From assembly GCA_963555755.3 (NCBI GenBank), contig OY820905.2, forward strand, positions 4,320,001-4,384,000: a DNA stretch of 64,000 nt, written 5' to 3'. The stretch's first letter is position 1, and every line of letters begins with the position of its first letter. Source of the stretch: Nitrospirales bacterium. Lineage in GTDB: Bacteria > Nitrospirota > Nitrospiria > Nitrospirales > UBA8639. The position numbers and the translations under genes are program-made. A model generated the notes under the pieces. It did not search any database and was not told the DNA's origin. It was given only the letters and a program-made list of their open reading frames with translations. This document shows positions 22,139 to 32,699 of the stretch, in pieces.

Positions 22139-23980
22139 CAGGGCAGGGCCATGCGGATGGCTAAATGGGGCTTGCCCCAGAGCAGTCTACACGCCTGCGC
22201 GATATTGGTGTAGCCTTTCAGGCGTAAGAGACTGATGGCATAGCGTCTCAGACAGGTCATGACCATTGGGCCATTGAGACTTCGTATCTGACTCCTGTCT
22301 TCATCAAAGGTGACGTCCAACACATAATGCTGCTTATTCTCCACACTCCAATGCTTTCGGTTTTGCGAGAGGATGGTCTTCGGCCCCGCCTTGTCTTTGG
22401 ACTGACTCGTGACACCGCAGACCGCTTCGACGGTCGTGAGGCCCTGCTTGAGATGCGTCACTTCCCTCTCAATGCAGAAGACTTGCTGGACATGAGGAAA
22501 GTTGACATAGGCATTCAGGGAGTCATCGCACCAGATCCTGCGGGTCGTGATCTGCCCATGGCCTTTCTCGGTGGTGGCATAATCGCACCGGCGTGCTCGC
22601 AACGCTAAGGCCTCAATGTCGTGCTTCAAGGTGGGCTGGTTTCCCTTGACGGTGAAGACGAAGTCGGCGCCGCGTTCGTGCACCAGGTACTCGGCAATCT
22701 CTTTCTGGGTGAGGAGCGCATCCGCCGTGATCACCTTCCCTGCGATCTCGAGCGCATCTAACAGGGGCCGCACGCAGGGGATCTCATTGGTCTTGGAGTG
22801 AACTTTTTTTGGGTGAGGTGGCGCCCGGCTTGATGGGTGACGGCGCTGAGGACGTGGGTCTGTTCGCTTGGGACCTTCGACGTCCCCCGCATGGTCTTCC
22901 CATCAATGGCAATGCCCTGATCCTCCCCGCCGAAGGTGTCCAGCCACCGGCCGAGCAGGGTATCGACTTCACAGGGGTCGACGGCCGTGATAAAGCGGTA
23001 AAGAGTGCTGCGGCTCGGGACGAGGTAGCGCCCCCCTCGCTGAGTACAGCCTAGCCGCTTGCGCATCGGCTGCGATAACTGCTGGGCCCAGTCCGAGATC
23101 GCTTCATAGCCGCGCGCGCCGCACAAGGTGGCACAGAACATGATCGCCGTGAGGGCGCGTCGGGTGTGCCGTTGCCCTTGCAAATGGCGGGGATCGGTCA
23201 GCTGCACCACATACGTAAAGAGGGAGTCCGTCTGTTTTGTATTCAATCTCATCTGAGGCGCTTCTCCTTTCTGATAGGGCTGATCAAGCATCGGGCGTGC
23301 AAGGATCTCTCGGGCTTGGGGATGCAGCCGCACGACTAGGATGCGCTTCGGTCTCTCATGCTGAACATAACACGTGTTCGACTTGCGAAACCCTCGTGTC
23401 AGACCGAGCTCGTGCCACCCGGCGGCCCGATAGCAGGTCCCGGTGAAGCGGGCAGGATCGACGAAGGTCTCTAAGAGGAGCAAGGGGTAGCCGTGGTACA
23501 GTTGCCAATCGGCCGAGATCCGTTTCGCGCAGAGCGACAGGACTTTCGAGGCGAGGTTCTTTTGCGAACAGCCCGGCAGCATGAGAAACCAGGTGTTGTT
23601 GGCCAGTAAATGGAGTCGTTGCCATTGAAAACAGGGGGGCCAGCCGATCCAGTGGTCTCGCGGTCTCGATTTGAGGGCCGCCGCCGCAAACACCAGCAAG
23701 GCCAGCCAGCGATCCTGCACACAGGCGAGATATTGTATCGATTGGCCAATCAGCGGGGCATGACCGAGGTAGTGGTGTCTGTCGAGAAGGGTCTTGAAGG
23801 CGTCCTTTTCGTCTCGGACAATTGGGCGAACCACGACTTGCCTCAGATCAATGTCCGGCTGTCCGCTTGGCGATTCGTCTGGCATGCAAAAGAGTATGCC
23901 GTAAACGAAAAGAAAAAGCCAGCCTAAATCGATTATTCCTTATTATCTATAAAGTTACACTTTAATATGAAATAGCCCTG
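22139..23980 (-). mobile_element. ISAs1-family element with N-terminal DUF4338 domain
   Basis: Ends CAGGGC-N5-CAT. ORF 22758-23885 has HHYLG, LLETFVD..RF.GTCYRAAGW, DPR and IAIDGKT; ORF 22138-22773 has ITADAL.TQ, VKGNQ and HWSVEN..HYVLDVTF.ED. They join at a slippery AAAAAAG near 22803-22810. No TSD visible. Confidence 0.88.
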
Positions 23981-24053
23981 TGGGATAGGGGGTGAATTCT
24001 TGACATCCCGTGATCCCTAGCAAGCCTGAAAGCATGAAGAGGCTGACCAGTAC

Positions 24054-25052
24054 CCTGCATACCCGGTTGACGCCACTACATACAAGGGGTAGTATCTTAG
24101 CGCATCTTTTGGGGTGCATAGGGGCTGGGATCTTTGGCAACGGCATTTTCAAGGACACGGTAAAAAAGCAAGCCCCTCGAAGTGGAGGTGCGTCTGTTCA
24201 ATCGAAACGTGAATTCATTGAGATAGGTATCCAGGTTCATAGGATCAATTCTGCCGTGATATGTTCCGTAGTACCAGCGCTTGAGGAGCGAGGCAACCCG
24301 GTGAACGCGCGGCAATAGTTCATCGGCATCGCCCCCTTTTTCTTCCCACGAATATGGTTTTTTCATGGGCATATGAATATAGCCCTGATTCGTCACCCCA
24401 CAATAACTATTCAGTCCATCGGTGACGACGGTGCTTCCTGGATTGATGTATTTTGCGACAAAGCCCTGTAGTACAGGGCCTGATCGATCGGTAATTTTCT
24501 CCATGCGGATTCTGCCCGTCTTTTTGCCATCAATTTGCGCAGCAACTCCGATAAGCTGCTTATTGTTTTCCCCACCGAGGAACACTTCATCTACCTCTAT
24601 TGCTCCAGACAAACGATCCTGATGGGGGCGAACCATGGCGATGCGTAGTTTGTGCAATATTCTCCATGCCGTTTCGTGGCGCGTAATTCCCACTGCCCGC
24701 TGTAAGCCAATCGCACTGATACCCGTTTTTTGATTCGTGAGCCACCAGATGGCTTGGAACCAAATTTCCAGGGAAATTTTGGTGTCTTGGAAAATTGTTC
24801 CAGCCAAGATAGAAATTTGGAAATCGCAATCAGCGCACTTGAGAACGGGGCGGTTCATTCTCCTCCACAGACGCAGAGATTGACATCGCGGACATTGGAC
24901 TCCACTTGGCCACCGGATCTTTTCCAAATAATCACGGCAGGATGCCTCGTCCGGAAAACGCTTTAGCAATTCTCCAATAGTCCTCGGGTACTGCCGCATA
25001 CGTATATTAAATACTATCCCTTGTGGTTAGTGGTGTCAACCGGGTATCCAGG
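24054..25052 (-). mobile_element. IS1595-family insertion sequence (transposase 24097-24999)
   Basis: Zn ribbon CPRC..CADC, VEVDE-like IEVDE, TDG and YLNEFTFR.NRR motifs; ~40-bp imperfect TIRs; TSD ACCAGTAC/CCCAGTAC (7/8). Confidence 0.92.
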
Positions 25053-25148
25053 CCCAGTACATTGAACCTAGAAACGGCAGTTGGGCGCAAAACAGAGGTG
25101 TAAGATTTTGGTGTGCATGGTGCAATACAAAAAGTCGTGGTCACCTTA

Positions 25149-25305
25149 GGGCTCGCGCAAGAATAACTTCCCCTGTTTGGGCGTCGATCCATCCCGTCTG
25201 GCGGCGTTGCTCGTCCTTTCCATACGAGGAGTATGCGCAGTCCTCGCGCCTTGCCAGACAGGTGTCTCAGCACCCAAACCGGGGAAGTTATTCTTGCGCG
25301 AACCC
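25149..25305. mobile_element. MITE family A copy 2
   Basis: Same sequence as 12122-12279 in the opposite orientation; TTA on both sides. Confidence 0.85.
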
Positions 25306-25348
25306 TTAGTGGTGATGAGACCTTTGTGTATTGTGCCAGGCGCGCTAA

Positions 25349-25611
25349 GGGTCCGTCACGAAATATCCGGTACAATTGGGAGGCCCAGATTTGTGATCGG
25401 GGCAAGGCGCGATGAGGGAGCCTAGCGGGGCTATGTGACCGAGGAGCAACGCCGCCCCGGGCCAAAGATGGGCCTCCCCGGAGGGCCGGACGCTTTTGGG
25501 CTCCGCTCGCGTCGCTCATCGCTTCCATACTCCCGGTATGCGTGCTCTTCGCTCCTTGGCTCGCTCCAAAATCGTCTCGGCCAATTGTACCGGTTATTTC
25601 GTGACGGACCC
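25349..25611. mobile_element. MITE family B
   Basis: TIR GGGTCCGTCACGAAATATCCGGTACAATTGG / CCAATTGTACCGGTTATTTCGTGACGGACCC; TAA TSD. A lone similar end is at 10247-10262. Confidence 0.85.
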
Positions 25612-25676
25612 TAAGAGCTTTCGCGGACTTTTGTGATCCAACTGCCGATTCTAGGGTGAAGCGGAGAGGCAACCTG

Positions 25677-27224
25677 TTACGACGCATGAGCCGTCTCTCG
25701 AAGCATCTCGGCTGGAAGTGTGAAGTGAACGGTGGTGCCATTGTCTGGTTCACTGTCAATCCAAATCGTTCCGTGGTGGGCTTCAACGACTTTTTGGGCC
25801 AGGGCAAGACCGATGCCACTACCAAATCGGGCTTCCCCGTCTGGTGTTTTTCCCTGATAAAACCGATCGAAAATATGGGGAAGGTCTTCTGGACGAATAC
25901 CTGGCCCTTCGTCTTTGACCGCAATCGCGGTGACGTGTGTCTTCAAGTTGTGATGAAGCGTGAGGGTAATCGATGAGTCGTGTGGGCTAAATTTGAGCGC
26001 GTTGGAGAGAAGATTCTCCAACGCCTGCTCGATGCGGATGCCGTCCAACGGTAAGAGATGGTCTGGTGGAAGCTGGTCATCGATCACGAACTGGATGTGT
26101 TTTCGTTCGGCCAATAATTGTACCTTGTCAACGGTGTGTTGAACGAGCTGGGTTAACCTCGTCGGTGAAAAACTATAGGGCATCATATTGGCTTCCATTT
26201 TAGAGAGGTCCAGTAAGCTGGCGATGAGTTGGTTGAGGCGTTGGCTACTGTCAAGCAAGATCTCAAGCGTCTGGCGTTGTTCCGGGGTCACAGGACCGGG
26301 AACCTGATCCAGGAGTAATTGCGTGCCCTCGCGGATTGAGGTGAGCGGGGTGCGAAGTTCGTGTGAAATATTGGCCAGGAATTCCGCTTTCATTTGATCA
26401 AGTTCTTGCAGTTGCATGCCCATCCAATTGACGGTGCTGACTAACTCTCGCAGCTCTTGCGGGACTTCGCCTTGAATTGAGGCACGAAATTCTCCTTGCC
26501 CAATTTGGCGAATTTGTCTTTGGACGCGTCGCAAGGGTCGTAAAATACTGAATGTGGCGATTCCGGCTAATCCCATTCCAAACACCACTCCCGACACCAT
26601 CAATTGACGTGTAATGTTTTCCGCTTGCTTAGCCCGTTCATGAGATTCACTCAACACAGCAATGATTTGCTGCTCGTGTAAGGCGATGTAGGATCGAATG
26701 GCTTGAGTCATGTCATCGACGAGAGCATCTCGTTTGCTTTCATATTGAGCCAAGGTTTGCGTGTAGCGATTCGCCCGTTCTACTCCCTCGCTGAGAAACA
26801 AGGTTTGGAATTGATCATGTGAATCGTGGATCTGTTGAAGTAGTGTCTGGCCTTCTTCTGAAGGGTCTTGGTCGATGAGAGAAAGTAAGGTTTTTTTAAA
26901 TTGCCCGGCTTCCTGCAGAAATTCCTTTAACAGGCTCGTATCCCGTAAGACGAGGTATTGCTTGTCACTTTTGAGTTGAACGAGCAAGCTGGTGAGCAGG
27001 CGTTTTCCTGTCTCTACGGTGGGGTAGTAGTACGACACTAATTCGGTGCCTAATTCGGATAATGTCCGCAACTGGTTCAGAATGAACCAATTGACCCCTA
27101 TGACTAAACCCATGATCGTGAGGTAGCCTAATGTAAGGCGAACAAAAATCGAGAGTTTTGCAATCTGCTTCCAGGCTTGCAACTTGGTATTCCTTATGAT
27201 GACCAGCAGTTTACCACGAACCAT
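25677..27224 (-). CDS. HAMP-domain sensor histidine kinase, GlrK/QseE-like
   Basis: Two TM segments, HAMP, SHELRTPLTSIREG, NLLSNALKFS, GSGIGL. Confidence 0.9.
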   Translation of the reverse strand: MVRGKLLVIIRNTKLQAWKQIAKLSIFVRLTLGYLTIMGLVIGVNWFILNQLRTLSELGTELVSYYYPTVETGKRLLTSLLVQLKSDKQYLVLRDTSLLKEFLQEAGQFKKTLLSLIDQDPSEEGQTLLQQIHDSHDQFQTLFLSEGVERANRYTQTLAQYESKRDALVDDMTQAIRSYIALHEQQIIAVLSESHERAKQAENITRQLMVSGVVFGMGLAGIATFSILRPLRRVQRQIRQIGQGEFRASIQGEVPQELRELVSTVNWMGMQLQELDQMKAEFLANISHELRTPLTSIREGTQLLLDQVPGPVTPEQRQTLEILLDSSQRLNQLIASLLDLSKMEANMMPYSFSPTRLTQLVQHTVDKVQLLAERKHIQFVIDDQLPPDHLLPLDGIRIEQALENLLSNALKFSPHDSSITLTLHHNLKTHVTAIAVKDEGPGIRPEDLPHIFDRFYQGKTPDGEARFGSGIGLALAQKVVEAHHGTIWIDSEPDNGTTVHFTLPAEMLRETAHAS

Positions 27225-27429
27225 TATATGGTCGGCCTACTGAAATTGATGTGATCCATGTCATACTTTCCGTGACCAACCCTGTCTATTTTTTCAATTG
27301 GGATGACGCCTGATCGGTGATGAGGTGCTCGAGCTACTCCAATGATGGAGAAGACAGGGGTGAATGTAAAGAACGAATGGGAAAATGCGGATTCTGTGAT
27401 AGACAGAAGGCGAGTGATGGTGAAAAGGT

Positions 27430-28653
27430 TTACGTCGTGTAGGAGGCATTAATCTTCACATATTCATAAGAAAGATCGGTTGTCCACAACCGGTGGAAGC
27501 CTGCGCCTTTGCCTAATGAAACGGACAAGGTCAGTTCTTTACGTCGCATGACCTGTTGTGCACGGTTGTCGGCTTGTGTGCTCACACGTTGTCCATCCTG
27601 AACGACCGTGACCTCATCAAACTTCAACGTGATGTGTGTGGGATTGAGCGGGACCCCTGCTCGTCCTATGGCCGCGATGATACGACCCCAATTGGGGTCT
27701 TCGCCAAATAGTGCGGTTTTGACGAGCAAGGATGTGGCAATCGTTTGTCCAATCTGTTTCGCCTCGCGATGGGATGTGGTCCCTTCGACAATGATTGTGA
27801 CGAGTTTCGTAGCGCCTTCACCATCTCGGCAAATATTCAAAGCGAGCGATTCGCAGGTGTGTTGAAGTACGGTATGGAAGGTATTCCAACCTGGTGTGCC
27901 GTGTTTGATGAGAGGGTTCTGTGCCAGGCCATTGGCAAGGCACACAACCGTGTCGTTGGGACTGCTGTCACCATCAACAGAGATGCAGTTAAATGAAACA
28001 TCTACTGACAGCGTAAGCGCGCGTTGCAACGCGTGTGGGGTGATCGCGGTGTCGGTCGTGAGATAGGCCAACATCGTCGCCATGTTCGGGTGGATCATCC
28101 CCGAGCCCTTGGCCATTCCGCCAATCGTGATGACCTGACGGCCTATTGTAGCTTGGCACGCAATTTCTTTTGATTGGGTATCGGTGGTCATGATGGCTTC
28201 AGCTGCCTGGGTATGACCGGAGCGGCTGAGTTGTGTGATAATCCGAGGAATTCCCCGGCGAAGGGCCGCCATTGGGAGGGTCCGGCCAATAATCCCGGTT
28301 GAACCGACAAAAACCGCGTGCTTGGGGATGCCAAGATGTTTGGCCGTTAAGTCTAAGACCTCTTTAGCATCAGCCATCCCTTGAGGACCCGTGCAGGCGT
28401 TGGCATTGCCACTATTGATGATGATGGCTTGTCCAGTCTTTTTCTTGAGTTGACGTTGGTTCAACACCACGGAGGCAGCCAGGATTTGATTTTGGGTAAA
28501 CACGCCCGCGATTGGGCCTTCCCGTTCCGATATCACAAGAGCGAGGTCCAAGGTGGGTGCGGGTTTCACGCCGGCATGGATACCTGCGGCCAGAAACCCC
28601 TTTGGGGCAGTCACACCGCCCTTTATTTTTTTAATAGGAGTAGCTTTGCGCAT
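27430..28653 (-). CDS. argJ: Bifunctional ornithine acetyltransferase/N-acetylglutamate synthase
   Basis: NSGNANACTG, IMTTDT, AKGSGMIHPNMATML, DGEGATK, DPNWGR. Confidence 0.97.
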   Translation of the reverse strand: MRKATPIKKIKGGVTAPKGFLAAGIHAGVKPAPTLDLALVISEREGPIAGVFTQNQILAASVVLNQRQLKKKTGQAIIINSGNANACTGPQGMADAKEVLDLTAKHLGIPKHAVFVGSTGIIGRTLPMAALRRGIPRIITQLSRSGHTQAAEAIMTTDTQSKEIACQATIGRQVITIGGMAKGSGMIHPNMATMLAYLTTDTAITPHALQRALTLSVDVSFNCISVDGDSSPNDTVVCLANGLAQNPLIKHGTPGWNTFHTVLQHTCESLALNICRDGEGATKLVTIIVEGTTSHREAKQIGQTIATSLLVKTALFGEDPNWGRIIAAIGRAGVPLNPTHITLKFDEVTVVQDGQRVSTQADNRAQQVMRRKELTLSVSLGKGAGFHRLWTTDLSYEYVKINASYTT

Positions 28654-28776
28654 GTGGCTTACATTTTCTCGTTTTTATGGTCGCGGGAATGGGAAATTCT
28701 GAGTGGTCGGTTGAATAATTTAAGAAATTTTTCCATTCGGTCTTAAGCCCCAATATTTTTTAGCGTCAGGTAAAAA

Positions 28777-29282
28777 GGGGGCTGTTCAAAAAGGTCCATT
28801 GTCTGACCCGCCCAACCCAGGCGCGCCAAGACGCGCCCTTCCACGGGCAAGGCCGCAGCCCGCCCGGCCTTTGTAGCCACTTCGGCGGAGGTGGTTCGGC
28901 GGAGTAGGCTTGGCGCGCGGAGCGTACTCCTAGGAGCCTGTCCGAGATTAGACGGATCTACTGCGGATGCGCTGGATGTGGCCAGATCTTCCGATCCTTT
29001 TCGGGGAAGGTTGAAAAAGGCCGCCAGCTGCGTTCTCGGGCTTTTGGCGTGCTCACGTACTCCGTGTACGCTCCGCGCGCCAAAAGCCCTGCGGCCTTGC
29101 TGGGCGGCCTTTTTCAACCTTCCCCGTTTCGTTGAATAGTCCCACTATTCGCCTCAAACGATCGAAACATCTGACTCAAACCAGCACATCCTCGCTACGA
29201 TCGCTAATCTCAGACAGGCTCCTAGTACGTGAGCACGACAACGGCCCGAGAACGCCGCTGGCGGCCTTTTTGAACAGGCCCC
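28777..29282. mobile_element. Three nested MITE-like elements
   Basis: Outer GGGGGCTGTTCAAAAAGG...CCTTTTTGAACAGGCCCC; middle 28934-29221 GAGCCTGTCCGAGATTAG...CTAATCTCAGACAGGCTC with CTAG duplication; inner 29003-29125 GGGGAAGGTTGAAAAAGGCCGCC...GGCGGCCTTTTTCAACCTTCCCC. Confidence 0.85.
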
Positions 29283-30364
29283 TATGGGAAAATTCCTGGC
29301 GAGGCCAATCCGGTATCTTCAGGATAACCCATCATGAGATTCATGGATTGAATGGCTTGGCCGGCAGCGCCTTTCACAAGATTGTCTAAGGCCGCAACCG
29401 TAATAATCGTGCCGGTGCGCGAATCCGCAAACACCCCGATGTCACAAAAATTCGAGCCTCGCACTTGGCTGGGACTGACAGTGGTAGATTCTTTTCGAAT
29501 TCGAATGAATCGTTCGCCACGATAGAATTGGCGATACAGGTTTTGCAGGATTTCCGTCGTCACGGGTTTGGTCATTTTGGCATAGGCGGTACTCAAGATC
29601 CCTCGATTCATTGGCGTGAGATGAGGGGTAAACATGACCTGGAACGGCTCACGTTGTCCTGCAGGTCGCGAACGGGGTTTCAGGAAGATCTTATTGAGTT
29701 CTTGTTCGATTTCGGGGGTGTGACGATGTTGCCCAATTTTGTATGCCGTCATGGAATCGTGGGCTTCCGGGAAATGATACCCAAGCGCTGGAGTTCGACC
29801 TGCGCCTGATATACCCGACTTGGCATCAATGACAATTGAATCTTCTTTGATGATCCGTTTTGCCAAAAGTGGCGCTAATTGAAGAATAGCAGCCGTGGGA
29901 TAACACCCTGGGATGGCCACGAGCTGCGTGCGGGAAATTTTTAATCGGTGCAGTTCGGGCAGCCCATAGACAGATTTCCGTAACAACCGTGGGAATGAAT
30001 GTGTCACTCCATACCAGTGTTCATAGGTGATGTGATCATCCAAACGATAGTCGGCGCTGAGATCAATGACGCGCTTCTTGGCTTTGATGCAGTGCGCCAC
30101 GGGTTCAATCGATTTGGTGTGTGGTAACGCCATGAACACGAGGTCGACGGTGTTCGTGATATGCGGTAGGTCCATGGGTTGGAATATAAGTGGGAAAAAA
30201 GTTTCAAGGTTTGGGAAGTGTGATGAAATAGGCATCCCGACGGCTTTGTCGCCGGTGACCATCGTAACATTGGCGTAAGGGTGTTGCGCCAATAGGCGAA
30301 GGAGTTCTCCTCCGGTGTACCCGCTGCCTCCGAGGACGGCGATGTTGATTCGTGCTTTAGCCAT
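29282..30364 (-). CDS. argC: N-acetyl-gamma-glutamyl-phosphate reductase
   Basis: GGSGYTGGEL, DLSADYR, PGCYPT, SGISGAG, DNLVKGAAGQA. Confidence 0.97.
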   Translation of the reverse strand: MAKARINIAVLGGSGYTGGELLRLLAQHPYANVTMVTGDKAVGMPISSHFPNLETFFPLIFQPMDLPHITNTVDLVFMALPHTKSIEPVAHCIKAKKRVIDLSADYRLDDHITYEHWYGVTHSFPRLLRKSVYGLPELHRLKISRTQLVAIPGCYPTAAILQLAPLLAKRIIKEDSIVIDAKSGISGAGRTPALGYHFPEAHDSMTAYKIGQHRHTPEIEQELNKIFLKPRSRPAGQREPFQVMFTPHLTPMNRGILSTAYAKMTKPVTTEILQNLYRQFYRGERFIRIRKESTTVSPSQVRGSNFCDIGVFADSRTGTIITVAALDNLVKGAAGQAIQSMNLMMGYPEDTGLASPGIFP

Positions 30365-30399
30365 GGGTGATGAAGATCTTACCTGATGAAATGGTGAGA

Positions 30400-30430
30400 G
30401 AAAAAAAGGGAAGGCCTGGTGGCCTTCCCT
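30400..30430 (-). terminator. Rho-independent terminator after rpsI
   Basis: Stem GGGAAGGCC-N4-GGCCTTCCC followed by a T run on the minus strand. Confidence 0.75.
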
Positions 30431-30432
30431 TA

Positions 30433-30589
30433 GGGCTCGCGCAAGAATAACTTCCCATCTTTGAGCGTCGATCCATCCTGTCTGGCGGCGTTGCTCGTCC
30501 CTTACATACCAAGAGTATGCGCAGTCCTCGCGCCTTGCCAGACAGGTGTCTCGTCACCCCAAAATGGGAAGTTATTCTTGCGCGAGCCC
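30433..30589. mobile_element. MITE family A copy 3
   Basis: Family A TIRs and body; flanked by TTA/TAA. Confidence 0.85.
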
Positions 30590-30619
30590 TAAGCAAAACG
30601 ATTGCAGCCTGAAACACAC

Positions 30620-31012
30620 TTACCGTTTGGAGTATTGGAAGAGGGCCCTTGCTCCCTTTTGCCCGTATTTCTTTCTTTCTTTGACTCTGGAATCGCGAGT
30701 GAGCATTCCTTCTTTCTTGAGTGGTCCACGAAACTCTGGGTTCACGTGAACGAGGGCTTTTGCAATGGCATGTCGTAGGGCACCGGCTTGTCCGGAGACG
30801 CCTCCTCCACGGACAGAGGCGCGAATTTGAAATTGCCCGAGCGTGCTGGTCTTTTCTAATGGCGATTCGACTTTCACGCGATGGGGGGCCAATGTGAAGT
30901 AATGCTCAAAGCTTCGCCCGTTTATCGTAATTTCGCCTTGACCCGGTTCAATCCAGGCCCGAGCAATCGCATTTTTTCGTTTTCCCGTTGCGTATTGACG
31001 CTGACTTGCCAT
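30620..31012 (-). CDS. rpsI: 30S ribosomal protein S9
   Basis: ATGKRKNAIAR, GGGVSGQAGA, TRDSRVKERKKYG, QYSKR; start moved to the ATG at 31012. Confidence 0.98.
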   Translation of the reverse strand: MASQRQYATGKRKNAIARAWIEPGQGEITINGRSFEHYFTLAPHRVKVESPLEKTSTLGQFQIRASVRGGGVSGQAGALRHAIAKALVHVNPEFRGPLKKEGMLTRDSRVKERKKYGQKGARALFQYSKR

Positions 31013-31085
31013 GTATACACCTTTCTGTAGATGAAGTCGTTGCTTTTTGTTATCTGTGGGTGGAAAGGTTTTTTCTCTCAGGTCC

Positions 31086-31514
31086 TTAAGACCAAGGCTC
31101 CGGGTTCTGTGCGGAATGGGGATGTTCAGACCCGGCATAGATCCGGAGTTTTCTCGCCATCTGCTTTCCTAACGGAGTTTTGGGAAGCATCCCACGAATG
31201 GCTTTGTTGACCACTTCGGTTGGTTTCTTCTTCATGAGGAGTTCAGCCGTGATGGATTTGAGTCCTCCAGGAAAGCCCGAGTGGTGACGATAGATTTTGT
31301 TTTTCATTTTTTTTCCGGTTAAATGAACCTCTTTGGCATTCACGATAATGACGTGGTCGCCCGTATCGACGTTGGGAGTGTACGTAGGTTTGTGCTTGCC
31401 TCGTAAGAGCGTGGCAGCTTGAGTCGCCAATCGACCAAGTGTGGCGCCTTTGGCGTCAAGAACATGCCATTTCCGGACGACTTCATGAGGCTTGGCTTGA
31501 AAGGTACGCATCAA
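31086..31514 (-). CDS. rplM: 50S ribosomal protein L13
   Basis: [25 protein letters not shown]. Confidence 0.98.
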   Translation of the reverse strand: MMRTFQAKPHEVVRKWHVLDAKGATLGRLATQAATLLRGKHKPTYTPNVDTGDHVIIVNAKEVHLTGKKMKNKIYRHHSGFPGGLKSITAELLMKKKPTEVVNKAIRGMLPKTPLGKQMARKLRIYAGSEHPHSAQNPEPWS

Positions 31515-31561
31515 TGCTTCTCCATTCGAATTCGAGTAAATATACGCTAAGCGTTAGACTG

Positions 31562-32023
31562 TCAAAATTGTTGCGGATCCAACTTGGCAAGCCAGGCTTC
31601 AAGATTTTCTCCGCCGCGGCGTTTCAACACGTCATGAGTGACAAAAATGGGACTTTTAGCCCGTAACGCCAAGGCAATTGCGTCGCTTGGGCGTGCATCC
31701 ACCGTTCGTTCTATTCCCTTGGACGTGAGATGTATGGTGGCATAGTAGGTATTGTTTTTCACGTCTGTAACGACGATATGGGTAATGGTCATTCCTAAAT
31801 GATTCGTCAGACTGGTGATGAGATCATGACTCATTGGACGAGGGGGGACGAGCCCTTCCATGGCTAACCGAATGGATGCCCCTTCGGCTGTTCCCACCCA
31901 GATCGGCAACACATCCGTATTGGTCTCATCGCGTAAGACCACGATTTGCGTATCAGTATTCGGGTCAACGAGAACGCCGTGGACTTTAAGCGGGATAAGA
32001 TCTGTATTTTGTTCAACACTCAT
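31562..32023 (-). CDS. Bifunctional nuclease family (DUF151) protein
   Basis: LPIWVG..E, RPMSHDL, DARPSDAIALALR. Confidence 0.93.
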   Translation of the reverse strand: MSVEQNTDLIPLKVHGVLVDPNTDTQIVVLRDETNTDVLPIWVGTAEGASIRLAMEGLVPPRPMSHDLITSLTNHLGMTITHIVVTDVKNNTYYATIHLTSKGIERTVDARPSDAIALALRAKSPIFVTHDVLKRRGGENLEAWLAKLDPQQF

Positions 32024-32082
32024 GAGGCGATGAATCCGAAGATGATATTCTCGGTTAGCTTTGAATCGGCGCTGGCAAATGG

Positions 32083-32538
32083 CTATGTATCAAGCTTCCC
32101 AAAATCTTCCGGTTTAAGATTTTCCAGCCATCGTTCAAGTTCCTCTGAGTTTTGTTTTCGGAGAACCTCTTCGGTCGTAAAAATCGGAGCTTCGGTACGA
32201 AGGGCTAGAGCAATCGCGTCACTTGGACGAGAGTCAATGGAATACTCTGAGTCGCCATACCAAAGATGTATTTTGGCAAAGTAAGTATTGTCCTTTAAAT
32301 CCGTGACCACGGCACTCAAGACTTTTGCATCGACGTTGTCCAGAATGGATTTCATAAGATCGTGGGTCATGGGTCGTGGAGGGGTAATACTTTCCAATGC
32401 AAAACTGATGGCACTCGCTTCAGACTTTCCAACCCAAATGGGGAGCATATCTGAGTTTTGTTCGTCACGAAGAATCACGATGTAGGCATTGTTGTACGGG
32501 TCAAACAACAGACCCCGAACATTCATCTGTGTAATCAT
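32083..32538 (-). CDS. Bifunctional nuclease family (DUF151) protein
   Basis: LPIWVG..EA, RPMTHDL, DSRPSDAIALALR; start set at ATG 32538. Confidence 0.93.
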   Translation of the reverse strand: MITQMNVRGLLFDPYNNAYIVILRDEQNSDMLPIWVGKSEASAISFALESITPPRPMTHDLMKSILDNVDAKVLSAVVTDLKDNTYFAKIHLWYGDSEYSIDSRPSDAIALALRTEAPIFTTEEVLRKQNSEELERWLENLKPEDFGKLDT

Positions 32539-32699
32539 TGGAAACGGTCCACCGTTTAACGCACTTTTCCATCTTAAAGGAAATAAATTAGCACCCATTT
32601 CTTTCTTTTGTCAACGTAAGTCCGAGATTTTAAAGGAAATCCTGGGTTTGAGCCTGCTATGCCGAGGGTGGGTAAATGGGGCAATTGATGGCGGTTAGA

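Larger units (their letters stand above)
21378..25144 (-). pseudogene. QseG-like lipoprotein gene interrupted by IS1595 and DUF4338-ISAs1 elements
   Basis: Removing both IS gives 918 nt in frame: ...SRFNVL|VSLFMLSGLLGITGC QEFTPYP|KKERTKNLMESLAY... with a lipobox and a C-terminal coiled coil ('QLHALRRIDQELKEK'). It lies between the kinase and the regulator; the start codon is tentative. Confidence 0.7.

Noticed and set aside
22139..23980. Druantia defence system
   Set aside because: DUF4338 occurs only inside IS elements; no DruE-like helicase or partner genes are present.
25007..25924. 305-aa ORF
   Set aside because: Reads through two MITEs and overlaps the kinase; only its last ~30 codons belong to the interrupted lipoprotein gene.
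31562..32538. Tandem DUF151 genes as a novel system
   Set aside because: Diverged paralogues in a housekeeping context with nothing further unusual visible.
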